From Malacoraja senta (Eukaryota): a DNA stretch of 44,575 bases. Under the pieces are notes generated by a model. It ran no database searches, was not told the origin of the DNA, and saw only the letters and a list, made by a program, of their open reading frames with translations. Below, one piece after another: positions 10,351 to 23,000 of the stretch. The position numbers and the translations under genes were made by a program. The stretch lies in the NCBI GenBank assembly GCA_038087875.1, contig JAXLNO010002050.1, forward strand, positions 62,001 through 106,575. The letters run 5' to 3'. How positions within the stretch are numbered: position 1 is the stretch's first letter; every line of letters starts with the position of its first letter.

Positions 10351-12772
10351 AATTACAGTTAAGTTATCCACCTGCAAAATCATGACAGCCTGACCTACTT
10401 GAGTAGTGCAGTATGTGCTGCATTTTATATAACTCTGTTTAGTTTCATGCATGCAGAGATGCAGTGAAATGGTTTGGATGGAACAGCAGATGCTGGACAC
10501 CCCGTCCCTTCTCTCCAGAGATGCTGCCTGTCCCGCTGAGTTACTCCAGCTTTTTGTGTCTATCTGCAGTGAAATGGCTGTTCTGCATTCTCCCCAGTCA
10601 AGTCATACTGTACATAAGTACAATACGTCCACTTCTGGAACAGCACGCAGAGATCCACCACATTCCAGTACTATCTTGCAGCTTTCAAGTCTCTGAGAAG
10701 TCTGATTTTGCCCTAAGGAAATACCCAATTTCTAATTTTCTCATGTTAAGGCCCAGTGTCATAACAGCACTGGATTGATGAAGTAGAGGCGCCTGCCTCA
10801 GTTTAAGTTTTTCTGTTTCAAGATTGTGACCGAACCCTCGTCACTGGAACTGTGTTGCAGTGCCACCCATTACGTATCAGTCCCAATTATCTTTCAACAT
10901 GCTGGAATCACTTGTTTTTTATCCTTTTTAGACTTTTTTCATGAATTGTTCAGCATAAACAGTTATGCTACAACAAAGTTAAGCGCAGCTACCACTTAGT
11001 TCCAGAGACGTAACAACACAAGAGATAGTGTTGGAAGAATGATCAAACTCACACATAGTGGTTATTAGTAACTTTGCAGAGGAAACACAAGGTGCTTTCT
11101 TCTCAGCATGCTTACTACCAGTCTACCAGAGAGAGAGAGAGCTGTCTAATAAGCCTGTGGGCGGAGCCACAGTATGAGTGACACTAATCTACAGATAGGC
11201 ACAGGGATAAGTTTCGGATTATTATTGTCACGTTTAGTTTCGAGGTACAGCATGGAAATAGGCCTTTTGGCCCACTGAACCTGTGCTGACTAACGACCAC
11301 CCAAATATTAGTTCTATCCTACACACTAGGGACAATTTACAGAAGCCAAAAAACTTACAAACCTGCACGTCTTTGAATGTGACGGAACTGTAGCACCCGG
11401 AGATAACTCACATGGTCACAGAGAGAATATATGAACTCTATATAGACAGCACCCATTGTCAGGATTGAACTTTGGTCTGTGGTACTGTAAGGCAGCAACT
11501 TTCCAGGTAGTTGCATGCTATCCAATTGGATGAGATAACAACATACATATATATGATCAAGTCAACTCAAGTACTGAAGGTGGAGCAAAGGGGAAGGTAC
11601 AGAGTGTGGCATATAGTTCTCAGCAATGTAGCACAGCAGTTCCATTAGATAAGGGTTTCGACACGAAACGTGACACATTCCTTCTCTCCAGAGATGCTGC
11701 CTGACCCGTTGAGTTACTCTAGCATTTTGTGTCTATCTGTGGTTTATACCAGCATCTACAGTTCCTTCCTGCATAGTTCCATAAACAAAGTCCACTGTCT
11801 GTAATGGGGTAGTGGTCAATTGGACAGTACCCTAGCTTTTGGAACGATCATTCAGAAGCCTGATTTTTGCCTCAGTTATCAAGTAAGCCATTTGGTCCTC
11901 TAACCTGCCCACCATTCAATATGACCATGGCTGACGTTCCTCAGGCATCAACTCCTGTTCGGTGCCAGTTCCTCATTGCACTCAATTCTCCAATCTTTCA
12001 AAAGTTTAACTACCGCTATATTAAATGCTTCCAATGATTTTGTCTTCACAAATCTCTGGCGCCAGAGAATGACCACACTCTGCAAAAAGAGATTTTGTAA
12101 ACAAATGACTGGTCTCTTTTATCTCTTATTGAAGAGTAGTGGAAATACTGCCAATTTTAAGCTTGTCCCCTCCCCAATTGACCCTCATTTCGTAACTTGT
12201 CAATTATTTATTATTGTCAATAATATGCCCTAGTGAAAAGATTTGCCGTTGGTATTAGTTTATTATTGTCACGTGAACTGTGATATAGTCAAAAGTTTGT
12301 CTGTGTGTTATCCAATCAGATCATACTACACATGTGCAATCAAGCCATCCACAAGTAGAACAGTGCAAAGAGAAAAATACTCAGAGTGCAGAATATCGGG
12401 TTACAATATCATAGCATTACAGTTACAGAGAAAGTGCAGATCAAAAAGAGTTGCAAGGATCACAATGAGATTGGTTGGAAGATCAGGGCAACATCTTATC
12501 TTACATGAGAATCATTCAGTAGTCCAATAACAGTGGGGAAGAAGCTGTTCCTGAATTTAATGGTACGTACTTTCAAACTTTCTTGTGTACTGTCTTAACA
12601 GGGAGCGTGCGATCCCTTTTAAACCACGTGGTTGGTTGATGGTGACGAAAGAGGCAAAATGGGGCAGATGTGGACAGTAACTTGGTTGTTGTAGTAGACT
12701 GAAGAATATTTTGTGGTGGGTGACTGTGCAAGTTTTACTGAAGATGAAAATAACCATCTTACTGTCTTGTAG

Positions 12773-12938
12773 TTTCCCCTGAGGTCACTCTCGCTGCCCG
12801 CCCTGATGATCATTCAGTCCTGTACTGCACTGTGTTTGGATTTTACCCACCGGCCATCAATGTCAGCTGGTTGCAGAATGGTCAACATGTCTCTGAGTCC
12901 AAATCTTCTGGGGTCATACCCAACAACGATGGAACATT
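12773..12938 (+). pseudogene. MHC class I-like alpha3 (Ig C1-set) exon, 3'-truncated
   Basis: Acceptor tcttactgtcttgtag|TT, phase 1. Translation SPEVTLAARPDDHSVLYCTVFGFYPPAINVSWLQNGQHVSESKSSGVIPNNDGT has the C1 motifs C-x3-GFYP-x2-I-x-V-x-W and PNxDGT. Homology stops after DGT, the second Cys strand is absent, and the frame hits TAA at 12970-12972. Confidence 0.85.
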
Positions 12939-13094
12939 GTCAACAGAACATTTATCAAAAGTAAATAAATAACTAATATATAAGGAAGGAGTATTTGAGA
13001 TTCTCAGTGGTGGAACTGAAATCTATGAAAGGTATGTTTAAATAAAAAATGAATCTTTCCTCATGATGTGATTAACAGCAAGGCACTGGGGGAG

Positions 13095-13800
13095 TACATG
13101 CCCCAATCCAAATCAATGGTCCGAAGTGGAAATGATTGAGAGCTTCATGTTCCTTGGCATGAATATATCCAATATTCTGTCATGGACTGACCACATAGCC
13201 AAGGAGGCACACCGACACCTCTACTTCCTCAGGAGACTGAGAATATTCATCATGTCTCTGGTGACTCTCGCAAACATCTATAGATGCCGTTAGGGAAAGC
13301 ATGTTGTTGGGTTGCATCACATCTTGATTTGGGAACTGCACTGCCCAAGACTGCAAGAATATACAAAGAGTTCAAGATCATCACACAGCCCAGACTTCCC
13401 ACTATTGGCTCAATCTACACTAGGTTGCCTTGGAAAACGAGACTTATCCCAACCTTCCTCCTTCCTGCTCCCATCAGGCATTAGGTACAGAAAGTTGAAA
13501 ATAAGCACTGCCAGACTCAGGAACACCCCCTTTCCACCTGTTAACAGGCTTCGGAAGGGTCCTTCCATAATGTAGGTTTAATGCCCGATTCACCTCAACC
13601 TCATTGAACATTGTCCATGGAACTGATGTGTTACAATGCTGAGAACTATATTCTGTACTCTGTATCCTCCTCTTTGCTCTATCTATTGTTTTTGAGTTTT
13701 TTATTTATCTATAGTATTATCTAATTTGTTTGGATAGCATACAAAACAAACCTTTGCACTGTATCTTGAAACATCTGACATTAATAAAAACTAAACCTAA
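13095..13800 (+). mobile_element. Degenerate Rex1/Babar-like LINE 3' fragment
   Basis: Same peptide motifs in broken frames (FMFLGMNIS, LYFLRRL, LLPSGIRYRKLK). Confidence 0.7.
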
Positions 13801-15454
13801 TGAAGTAAGTTCCCTGACGCAAGCTACAGATTCAGCAACAACAAATATAACTGCCTGACAAACAGCGATCGTAGTAGTTTGATTCCAGGTATGCTGCACT
13901 AACCTACACAAATGTTCACTTTTGAAGATTCCCTCGAACAATGCACAAATAAGGAATCTGATGTTTCACTCTGAAGACTGTTGACATACTCCAGAACTTA
14001 ATTTCCAACCTATCTATGTATCATCAGCAATCTAGGCTACAGCGCCATCAGTCCCTTCATCTGCTCTTAATACCAACGATAAGTAGTTCACTTTCTTGCA
14101 TTGATTCCCAACCTGCAGTTGCAGTTTCCCAACCAGAACACTCCTTTAAGACAACTCTCTGCTTGCTCTTAATTGTTTTTCCATTCATGCTAATTATTAC
14201 CCCCAATGTCATAAGCCATGTGCCTTTGCATCACTTGATCAGATATCTTATGAAAATCCAGATATTGTGGCGACATCTGGTGGTCAGGCCACTTATTGCT
14301 AGAACCCTCGTCAGGGGAGCTGGGACTATCACGTGAGTGACAGGGTTTTGGTGGGAGTTGGTGATGAGTTAATCGCCAGTCAACTGGTGTGCCCGATAAC
14401 AACGGCAGGAACTTTGCTCAAGTCCTTACTAAACGCGAGTGGGCCAAAACTGTATTTCTTTAAAAACATTGATTTGTTCACGACGTTTGGATCTCTACAA
14501 TATATTGTATTTCTTTTGTTTCTCATTTGAATTTTGTTACCTATTCTGCTTTTCCATCATTTTGTTTATGAATTTTAGGCTTTTCACACCTGCTGCTCGA
14601 ATATACATTGTCTACGGGTTCCTGTTGCATTTTCAAAGAATTCTAATCAATTTCTCAAACAAAGTTTGAAGAAGGGTCCCAAAACGAAACGTCACCTGTC
14701 CATGTGTAAGAAGAAACTGCAAATGCTGGTTTACACCGATGATGGACACAAATTGCTGGAATAACTCAGCTGGTCAGGCAGCATCTCTGGAGAAAAGGAA
14801 TAGGTGATGAATCCATGTTCGCCAGAGATGCTGCCTGTTCCGCTGAGTTACTCCAGCATTTTGTGTCTATTATGTATATTCTTTCCACTGACTGGTTAGC
14901 ATGAAACAAAAGCTTTTCACTGTACCTCAATACATGTGACAATAAACTAAACTAAAGCTTTTGTGTAAATCAGTATCAGCATCTCTTTCTTTCTACAATT
15001 TTCCTGTTAATGCCCTGATAATGCACTTTATTGTTTTGTTATTACTTAAATGTTCTGCCATTATTGAAAGGAATCCAGCATTTTCCCCAAAACAGATGTT
15101 AGTTTATATAGGGTTAAAGCTTTCTGCTTTCAATTCACCTTCTTTCTTGAATTAAGTTGTGGCTGTGATGGTGCCATATATCATAGAGTTGTACAGAACA
15201 TATATTGTCCCTTTGCCATGCTGCAGAACTCCGTGATTCAAAACACCATATCATCTTATATACCTTGAAAAGCGCCAAATATAGACACAAAATGCTGGAG
15301 TAACTCAGCGGTCAGATAACATCTCTAGAGAAAAGGAATAGGTGGCATTTCGGGTCGAGACCCTTCTTCACCCTGAAGTCTTCAGACAGTGCCCATCTAT
15401 TTAGCTGCACAGCTTAACAATTGATTTGTAAAATTATGCATTCTTATTTTTCAG

Positions 15455-15562
15455 AAGGAAATAGGAAGAAAGACAGGCACATAGGCCTTATTGCCGTGTG
15501 TGTGCTGATATTGCTGGCTATTGTCTTGGCAGTAATTGTTTGGTGGAGAAAAAAGAGGAGAG
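15455..15562 (+). CDS. Connecting peptide/transmembrane exon (108 bp, phase 1/1) of the plus-strand class I-like gene
   Basis: Acceptor ttcttatttttcag|AA and donor AG|gtaaga. Translation (E)GNRKKDRHIGLIAVCVLILLAIVLAVIVWWRKKRR: hydrophobic span plus basic stop-transfer cluster. Confidence 0.85.
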
Positions 15563-17340
15563 GTAAGATGGAAAAATTGTGATGAACTGTTGCTAGTAAA
15601 GGTATTGGGCTTGAAGAAATGATCGATCTCAAGTAGGATAAGGCAGCAGCTACACCTGAAATGCCTCGACAGTCACCACTGTCAACTAGCCTTTGTGCTG
15701 TTGTTAAATGTTTCTGATAATCAGATATTTTAAAATTGTGAATTCAGTGTAAAAAAATGTTATACATTATGGATTCACTGCCCCAAATCCTAGAAATATC
15801 AATGAGTCATTAAAAAGTACAGCATGGAAGCAGTCCTTTCAGCCCACCGTGTCCATGCCAACCACCAACCACCTGTTCTCATGAATTCTATCTCATTGCA
15901 CCTTCTCATCCAGTCACCCACCCACTAGGGGCAATTTACAGTGGCCAATTAAACTATAAACTGACACATCTTAGGATGTGTGAGGAAACCGGAGCCCCTG
16001 GAGGGATCCAATGCGGTTACACGGAGAACATGCAAACTCCACATGGATGGCACTCAAGGTCAAAATTGAACCCGGGTCTGTGTCGCTGTGAGGCAGCAGC
16101 TCTACGAGTTGTGACACTGTGCTGCTCTGTTGGGGGCTCCCACTGCTCATGATCCAAGTCAGCTATGAGGCAGATTGGTTGCAGTTTATCGTTTACTAGT
16201 TTTGTTTAGTTAAATTTAGAGATACAGTAACGAAACAGGCCCTTCGGCCCATCGAGTCTGCGCTGACCAGTGATCCCCGCACATTAACACTATCCTATAC
16301 ACACACACCAAGCCAATTAACCTACATACCTGTACGTCTTTGGAGTGTGGGAGGAAACCTTAGATCTTGGAGAAAACACACGCGGTCACGGGGAGAACGT
16401 ACAAACTCTGTACAGACAGCATCAGTAGTCAGGATCGAACCCGGGTCTCCGGTGCTGCAAGCACTGTAAGGCAGCAACTCTACCGCTGCACACAGTAGCT
16501 GCCACCAAGGCCGCTGTTGCTGGAAAACTCAAATTTAAGTGGGAATGTGAGTAGTGGGAGAAATGGTTCAAGGTGGAAAGCCGAATGAATGAGCAACAAC
16601 ATGACAGGTGGACTACAATGTGAAACAGGACAGCACAGAGTCAGAGACCTGAATTAAATACCGACATCGGCTGATGTATCTGTAGAGTTTGCATGTTGTT
16701 CCTGTGACCATGTGGGTTTCCCCAGGTGCTCTGGTTTCCTCCCACATCCCCAAAACATTGTTTGGTAGGTTAGTTGTCCCCTAGATTGTGCATGATACAA
16801 TGTGGGGAGAGCTGTTGAGAATGTGGGACAAATGTAGGATTAGTGTACATGAATGGTTGGTGCAGGTCAGTGGGACAAAGGCCATGTTTGTATGCTGCAT
16901 ATTTCCATGACTCTTTATGATGTAGAAAGATGCTGACTATTTTTGATTTATAAGATTGGGAAAGACTGTGAGGGACAGTGCTATAGTAACTCAGCAGGTC
17001 AGGCAACATCCCTGGAGACCATGGATAGGTGACAATCTGGTTCGAGACTCTTCAGGCAAATTACAATGGGTATTCCTCCGCTTAAGTCTGATAGTAGTGT
17101 ACAGATGCACCTCAACCACTGACTTGCTCAACAAGTGCTTAAATTAGTTGAATTAAAGTATGTTTGGAGTAACATGCAGCAGTCCTTAAAATCTACCATT
17201 TCCCAAATCCCAAGAGAGCTGGATGATCAGGGTTTTAGTGTAAATTCAGTCATCTATATCACTGATTTCTTGCCTGTGATCACACTGTTGTAAGATATAT
17301 TCTGGTGATGAATTGCAGTTCACTTTCCTCCTGTGTAAAG

Positions 17341-17376
17341 GAGTTATTGTGTTGAATATAACAAGTGGAAGGGAAA
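17341..17376 (+). CDS. Candidate 36-bp cytoplasmic exon (phase 1/1)
   Basis: Acceptor cactttcctcctgtgtaaag|GA and donor AA|gtcagt. Symmetric phase fits between the TM and terminal exons. Encodes (G)VIVLNITSGRE. Short, so chance is not excluded. Confidence 0.4.
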
Positions 17377-18662
17377 GTCAGTGTAGGATTTAGAGTTTGT
17401 ACGTAATGCAGCATGGTAGTGTAGCTGGTAGAACTGCTGCCTCACAACGCCAGAGACCCAGGTTCAATCTGGACCTCGGGTACTGTCTACGTGGAGTTTG
17501 CACATTCTCTTGTGACTATGTGGGCTTCCTCAGGGAGCTCCGGTTTCCTCCCATATCCCAAAGATGAGCAGGTGTGCAGGTAATCATCCTCGGTAAGTCA
17601 CCCTGATAGTGTAGGGGGTGGATAGGAAATCTATTATGAATGGGTGATTGCTGGTTAGTATGAATTTGGTGGCACAAATGGCCTGTTTACACACTGTATC
17701 ACTGTTTTCAAGAGAGAGTTAGATTTAGCACTTAGGGCTAAGGGATTCAAGGGATATGGGGAAACAGCCAGATCGGAGTATTAATTTTGGATGATCAGCC
17801 ATGATTGTATGGAATTGCGGTGCTGGCTCAAAGGGTCGAATAGCCTATTCCTGCGCCTATTTTTTTTATGTTTCTATCTTTCTATTAAATAAACTAAATT
17901 GGAAGACAGAAGGTATTGACTGATGCATCTTCACACCAGCTGTAAATGTCATAAACTGTGAGAATTGATTGCAAATGTTATACAATATTATAAAATAAAC
18001 TGGGTGATCAAAATGACAAGATGGATGAAGAGCAGAGTTTTCATTGAAATAACAGACGTGCAGCTTTCTCGAGCACTTGGCCTTGGTTGTGTAATATTTC
18101 CTCTTCAAAATACAATGTTCCCTGGCATTTCTGGTCTGAGGCACCATTCAGCAAGTATATTTCCTGAAACGGAGGTTCTGCTTTCATGGTATCAAGATGT
18201 CCAACAGCTCCAGCACCCAGATCAGAACCTTGCCAAAACTAAGAATGCAGCAACAATTTAGTCATTGAACATCAACGACATGCATATTTGAACTGAGGCA
18301 ATGGTTAGCTTATTATCACTGTAAACCAGTCGTGGTCATGGGTCTGCCATTGTGGTCACTATTAGTGAGGGTGATTAACTATCATTTAGCAGTGAAACGG
18401 AAAAGAATTGGCTTTTCAAGCCCATGGAGCCATAGAGTCATACGGCATGGAAATGGGCCCTTTGCCTCAACTTGGCCATGTCAACCAAGATGCCATGTTT
18501 AAACTACAATTTTCCTGCAATTGACCCATATCTCACTGAACCTTTCCTATCTACCTGTGTTCTAAATGTTTTTTAATACCTGCCTCAACTCCTTCCCCTG
18601 GAATGTTCTTCCATATTTCCACTTCCTCTGGTTCCGAGTAACTCGTTTCCTTCTCACCTTAA

Positions 18663-18828
18663 NNNNNNNNNNNNNNNNNNNNNNNNNNNNNNNNNNNNNN
18701 NNNNNNNNNNNNNNNNNNNNNNNNNNNNNNNNNNNNNNNNNNNNNNNNNNNNNNNNNNNNNNNNNNNNNNNNNNNNNNNNNNNNNNNNNNNNNNNNNNNN
18801 NNNNNNNNNNNNNNNNNNNNNNNNNNNN
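18663..18828. other. Assembly gap (N run)
   Basis: 166 N. Confidence 1.
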
Positions 18829-19306
18829 TTACAGTAATCTGCAATAACGTAAATTTATACAGTTCTTGTACCACTTCTGTTTTTCAACTTTAATAGAAAG
18901 AAAGGATAGAAAGAGCTAGCAAAGACAGTCAGTGAGTGAATGAAAAAGTGGTCCAGGAACACAGATGTGAACCTAAACCACATGAAGTAGTTAAAGAAGA
19001 GAGGAAAAAAAAGAGAAAAAATAAAATAAGATAGGACAATATGAAAGGGATGCACCTACTTCTTATCTTTACTCACCCCTCGCCAGGACTTAAAACCATT
19101 TATTATCATCATTTTGTTGCACCTTATGTTTGTAATAAGTCGATATATGGAGACCAAATCTTTTGGAATTGGTCTTGTTTACCTGCTAGGAGGAATCTCA
19201 TATCTTCTAGATGTAACAATTCCGACATATTAGAAGTCCACATTTTTATTGTTGGCGTAGGAGCATTTTCCCAAAATTTCAGTATTAATTTTGTTGCTGT
19301 TATTAA
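18829..19306 (-). mobile_element. 5'-truncated second L1 (ORF2 C-terminus + 3' UTR) inserted in a CR1 fragment
   Basis: ORF LITATKLILKFWENAPTPTIKMW...FQKIWSPYIDLL resembles the fish-type L1 ORF2 end. Flanks ctcaccttaa and gtcctctggttcttgatt are contiguous CR1 sequence. The left end is hidden by a gap. Confidence 0.7.
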
Positions 19307-19814
19307 TCCGTCCTCTGGTTCTTGATTACACAAGGCTGGTTAAAAGATTCTGTGCATTCAATCTATCTATGCTCCTTGATTTTATAAACCTCTATAAGAT
19401 CACCCCTCAGCCTCTTGCGTGCCAAGGATTAAAGTCCAAGCATTCTCATCCTCTCCCTGAATCACAGGCCCTGTTAATGACATCCTTCCGATAGTGGAGT
19501 GACCAAAACTTAACACAATACTCCAAATGTGGCCTCACCAACATCTTGTACAACTGTAGCAGAACATCCCAACTTTTTTATTCAGTACCTTTCTTTTAAA
19601 ATCTTTTTATTGTTTTTTTTCCAAAAAACAAAAACAAAAACAAAAATAAAACATTAAAAAAACAGAGCAAAATGAATAATGATAAACATAACAATGGTAT
19701 TGATACATAGGGATCAGGATTAAACACATTAATAACAGGTATAACCTAATATGAGACCAGTGTCAAAATACACAATGAATATAGTTAAATCTTTAAAAGG
19801 AAACATAAATGTAA

Positions 19815-19952
19815 NNNNNNNNNNNNNNNNNNNNNNNNNNNNNNNNNNNNNNNNNNNNNNNNNNNNNNNNNNNNNNNNNNNNNNNNNNNNNNNNNNNNNN
19901 NNNNNNNNNNNNNNNNNNNNNNNNNNNNNNNNNNNNNNNNNNNNNNNNNNNN
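19815..19952. other. Assembly gap (N run)
   Basis: 138 N. Confidence 1.
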
Positions 19953-20029
19953 TGAACTGAGAAATTCAACAATTTAAGTCTGTTTGTCGTCAAGTCTGTT
20001 CCACCCTATGAAGGTAAAATAAATTTTAT

Positions 20030-23000
20030 AACGGTTAAAGAGGGATCAATTTATGTTGTATGAAAGTGTTCAATAAATTTTCCCCAAGTCTTATCAAATT
20101 TAACCAAGGGTTCAACAATGTCACCTGATTTTTTCTAAATTTAAACATGATATCGTTTCAGAATACCACTGGAGTGTGGTCGGAGGGTTGGAATCTTTCG
20201 ATTTAAATAAAATAAATCTTCTGGCAATGAATGTGGTAAAAGCAATCAACCGATGGGCGGAGTGGGACAAATGAATAGAATCTAACATTGGTAACCCAAA
20301 AATTGCAGTAATAGGATGAGGTTGTAAATCTATACCTAAGACTACCGAAATAGTATCAAAACTTTCTTTCCAATATTTTTCCAAAAGAGGGCAGGACCAA
20401 AACATATGGGTCAGTGATGCCACTTCAGAATTACATCTGTCACAGGTAGAATTTATATGACCATAAAAACGAGCTAACTTATCTTTTGACATATGAGCTC
20501 TGTGGACCACCTTGAATTGTATCAAAGCGTGTCTTGCACACATTGAAGAGGTATTAACTAATTGAAGGATCCTCTCCCATTTCTCTATAGAGAAAGAAAT
20601 TTGGAGTTCTCTTTCCCAGTCATTCTTAATTTTATCAAATGTATCTATTTGTAATTTTAAAATCAACTCATGAATAGTCGTTATTAATCCTTTCTGATAA
20701 GGGTTCAACTGTAAACAAAATTCCAAAATTTCGGGTTGATGTGGTAGCGGAAAAAGGGGTAGTTCCTTTTGTCTAATTTGTAAATATCTAAAAAAGTGTG
20801 AATTAGGTAAGTTATATTTATTGGAGAGTTGTTCGAAAGACATAAAACAACCCTCCAAAAACAAATCATGAAAAGCTACTAATCCCTTCCTCTTCCATTA
20901 CAAAAAAACTTGATCAGTACTAGATGGTTGGAAGAGAAATTTGGATAAAATCAGATAGTCCAAAAAACTTATGAAATTGAAACCGTATTCGGAACGTATG
21001 TCTTATTATTGGGTTCGTCATATATTTATTCAATCTCGTAATTGTAAAAGGTAACGAGGTCCCTAGAATAGAAGCCAATTATAGCCCTTGTAAGGAATCA
21101 CGTTCTAGGTTTATCCATCCAGGGCATTGGGTATCTTCTAAATCTTTTGTCCAAAATGTTAAATAACGAACATTGACTGCCCAATAGTAGAGTCTAAGGT
21201 TCGGCAATGCCAAACCACCAACTTTTTTTGATTTCTGTAGGTATTTTTTACCTAGTCTGGGATTTTTATTCTGCCATATATATGAAGAAATTTTAGTCTA
21301 TAATATCAAAGAAAGATTTGGCAATAAAAATTGGTATCGTCTGAAATAAATACAGACATTTAGGTAAAATGAACATTTTAATAGCATTGATTCAGCCAAT
21401 TAAGGATAAGGACATTGGTGACCATTTAGTGAACTGATGTTTAATATGGTCAATTAAAGGAATAAACTTAGCTTTAAATAAATCCTTGTGTTTCTTGGTG
21501 ATCTTAATACCTAAATAAGTAAAAATGGTTCGGTAGTCAATCTAAATGGAAACTGTCCATAACTCGAAAAAAATTATTTAATGGGAAAGCTCACTCTTAC
21601 TAAGATTTAGTTTATAATTAGTTTAGTTTAGATTTAGGCGCGACTCTTTTCCTCAGCGGCCTCTGCAGTCCGTCTGTCTTTTTATTATTTTTGTCTCGTT
21701 TCTATGTAGTTTTTATTATTTTTTTTGTCGGGGTATGTGTGTGGGGGTGGGGGGGGGGGGGACTTTAAAATCTTTCCCCTGCACGGGAGACCCGACCTTT
21801 TCTTTGTCGGGTCTCCGTTGTCGTTGGGGCTGGGCAACGTGGAGCGGCCTCCAGCAGGAACGACCTGGGGCTCCAGTTGCGGAGCTGCGGACTACTCACC
21901 GTCACGGGGCTTGCCGAGTCCGGAGCGGGTGGAGCTGTGGTGGAGCGCTGCTGCAACCCGACCCCCGGAGAATCGGGGGCTACGGCCGCGGGTCTGGCGG
22001 ACGGCAACACCGGAAGCCCGCGGGTCCCTGGTGGGAGACCGCTTTTCACCCGGCATGGCTTTAATGGCCGCGGGACAATCACCATCGCCCGCCGGGGGCT
22101 TTGACTTTGACTCTGACATCGGGGGGGTGAGTGCAGTGGAGAGATACGTTTTTTTTGCCTTCCATCACAGCGCTGTGATGGATGTATGTGTAAATTGTGT
22201 TGTGTCTCGGGTCTTCTTCGTTTTGTAATGTATGGCTGCAGAAACGACATTTCGTTTGGACCTCAACGGGGTCCAAATGACAAATAAATTGTATTGTATT
22301 GTATTGTATTGTATAACCAGAAAAACTACTGAATTGATTAAGTAATGCTACTATTGCCGGAATAGATTTCTCAGGGTTAGAAATAAATAATAACAGATCA
22401 TCTGCATAAAGAGATAGCTTATGTGTCTTATTCCCGCGGACAATACCAAAAATATTAGGGGATTCCCTAATAGCAGTGGCTAAAGTTTCCAAAGCAATAT
22501 CAAATAGTAAAGGACTTAAGGGACAGCCCTGTCTCGTACCTTGAAAGAGCCTGAAAAAAGGGGATCTCTGATTATTAGTAAATACAGAAGCCTGAGGTAT
22601 AAGATATATCAGTTTGATCCAAGAGATAAATTTTGGACCAATCTTAACTTTTTCAAGTATATTGAATAAGTATTCCATTCTACTCTATCAATAGCCTTCT
22701 CGGCATCAAGTGAGATGACACATTCTGGGGTTTTATTAGACACTGTATATACAATATTTATTAATCTCCTAACATTAAAGAATGAGTAACGATTTTTAAT
22801 AAAACCTGTCTGATCTTCAGAGATAATTTGCGGTAAAATCTTTTCCAATCTCATAGCTAATATTTTGGAAAGAATTTTAAAATCTACATTTAACATTGAT
22901 ATAGGTCTATATGATGTCACTTCAGTAGGGTCTTTATCTTTTTTAAATTAAAGAAATAGAAGCTTCATAAAAAGATTGTGGTAATCTATTCCTTAAAAAG

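Noticed and set aside
14233-14332. Missing 3' half of the alpha3 exon (strong donor CAC|gtgagt)
   Set aside because: No frame gives the C1 F/G-strand motif YxCxVxH.
18056-18085. Additional 30-bp cytoplasmic exon
   Set aside because: Weak donor (gttgtg); not distinguishable from chance.
18566-19993. ORFs containing X runs
   Set aside because: Artefacts of the assembly gaps.
21725-22250. Overlapping 100-167 aa ORFs on both strands
   Set aside because: GC-rich non-coding insert depleted of stop codons; no recognisable motifs.
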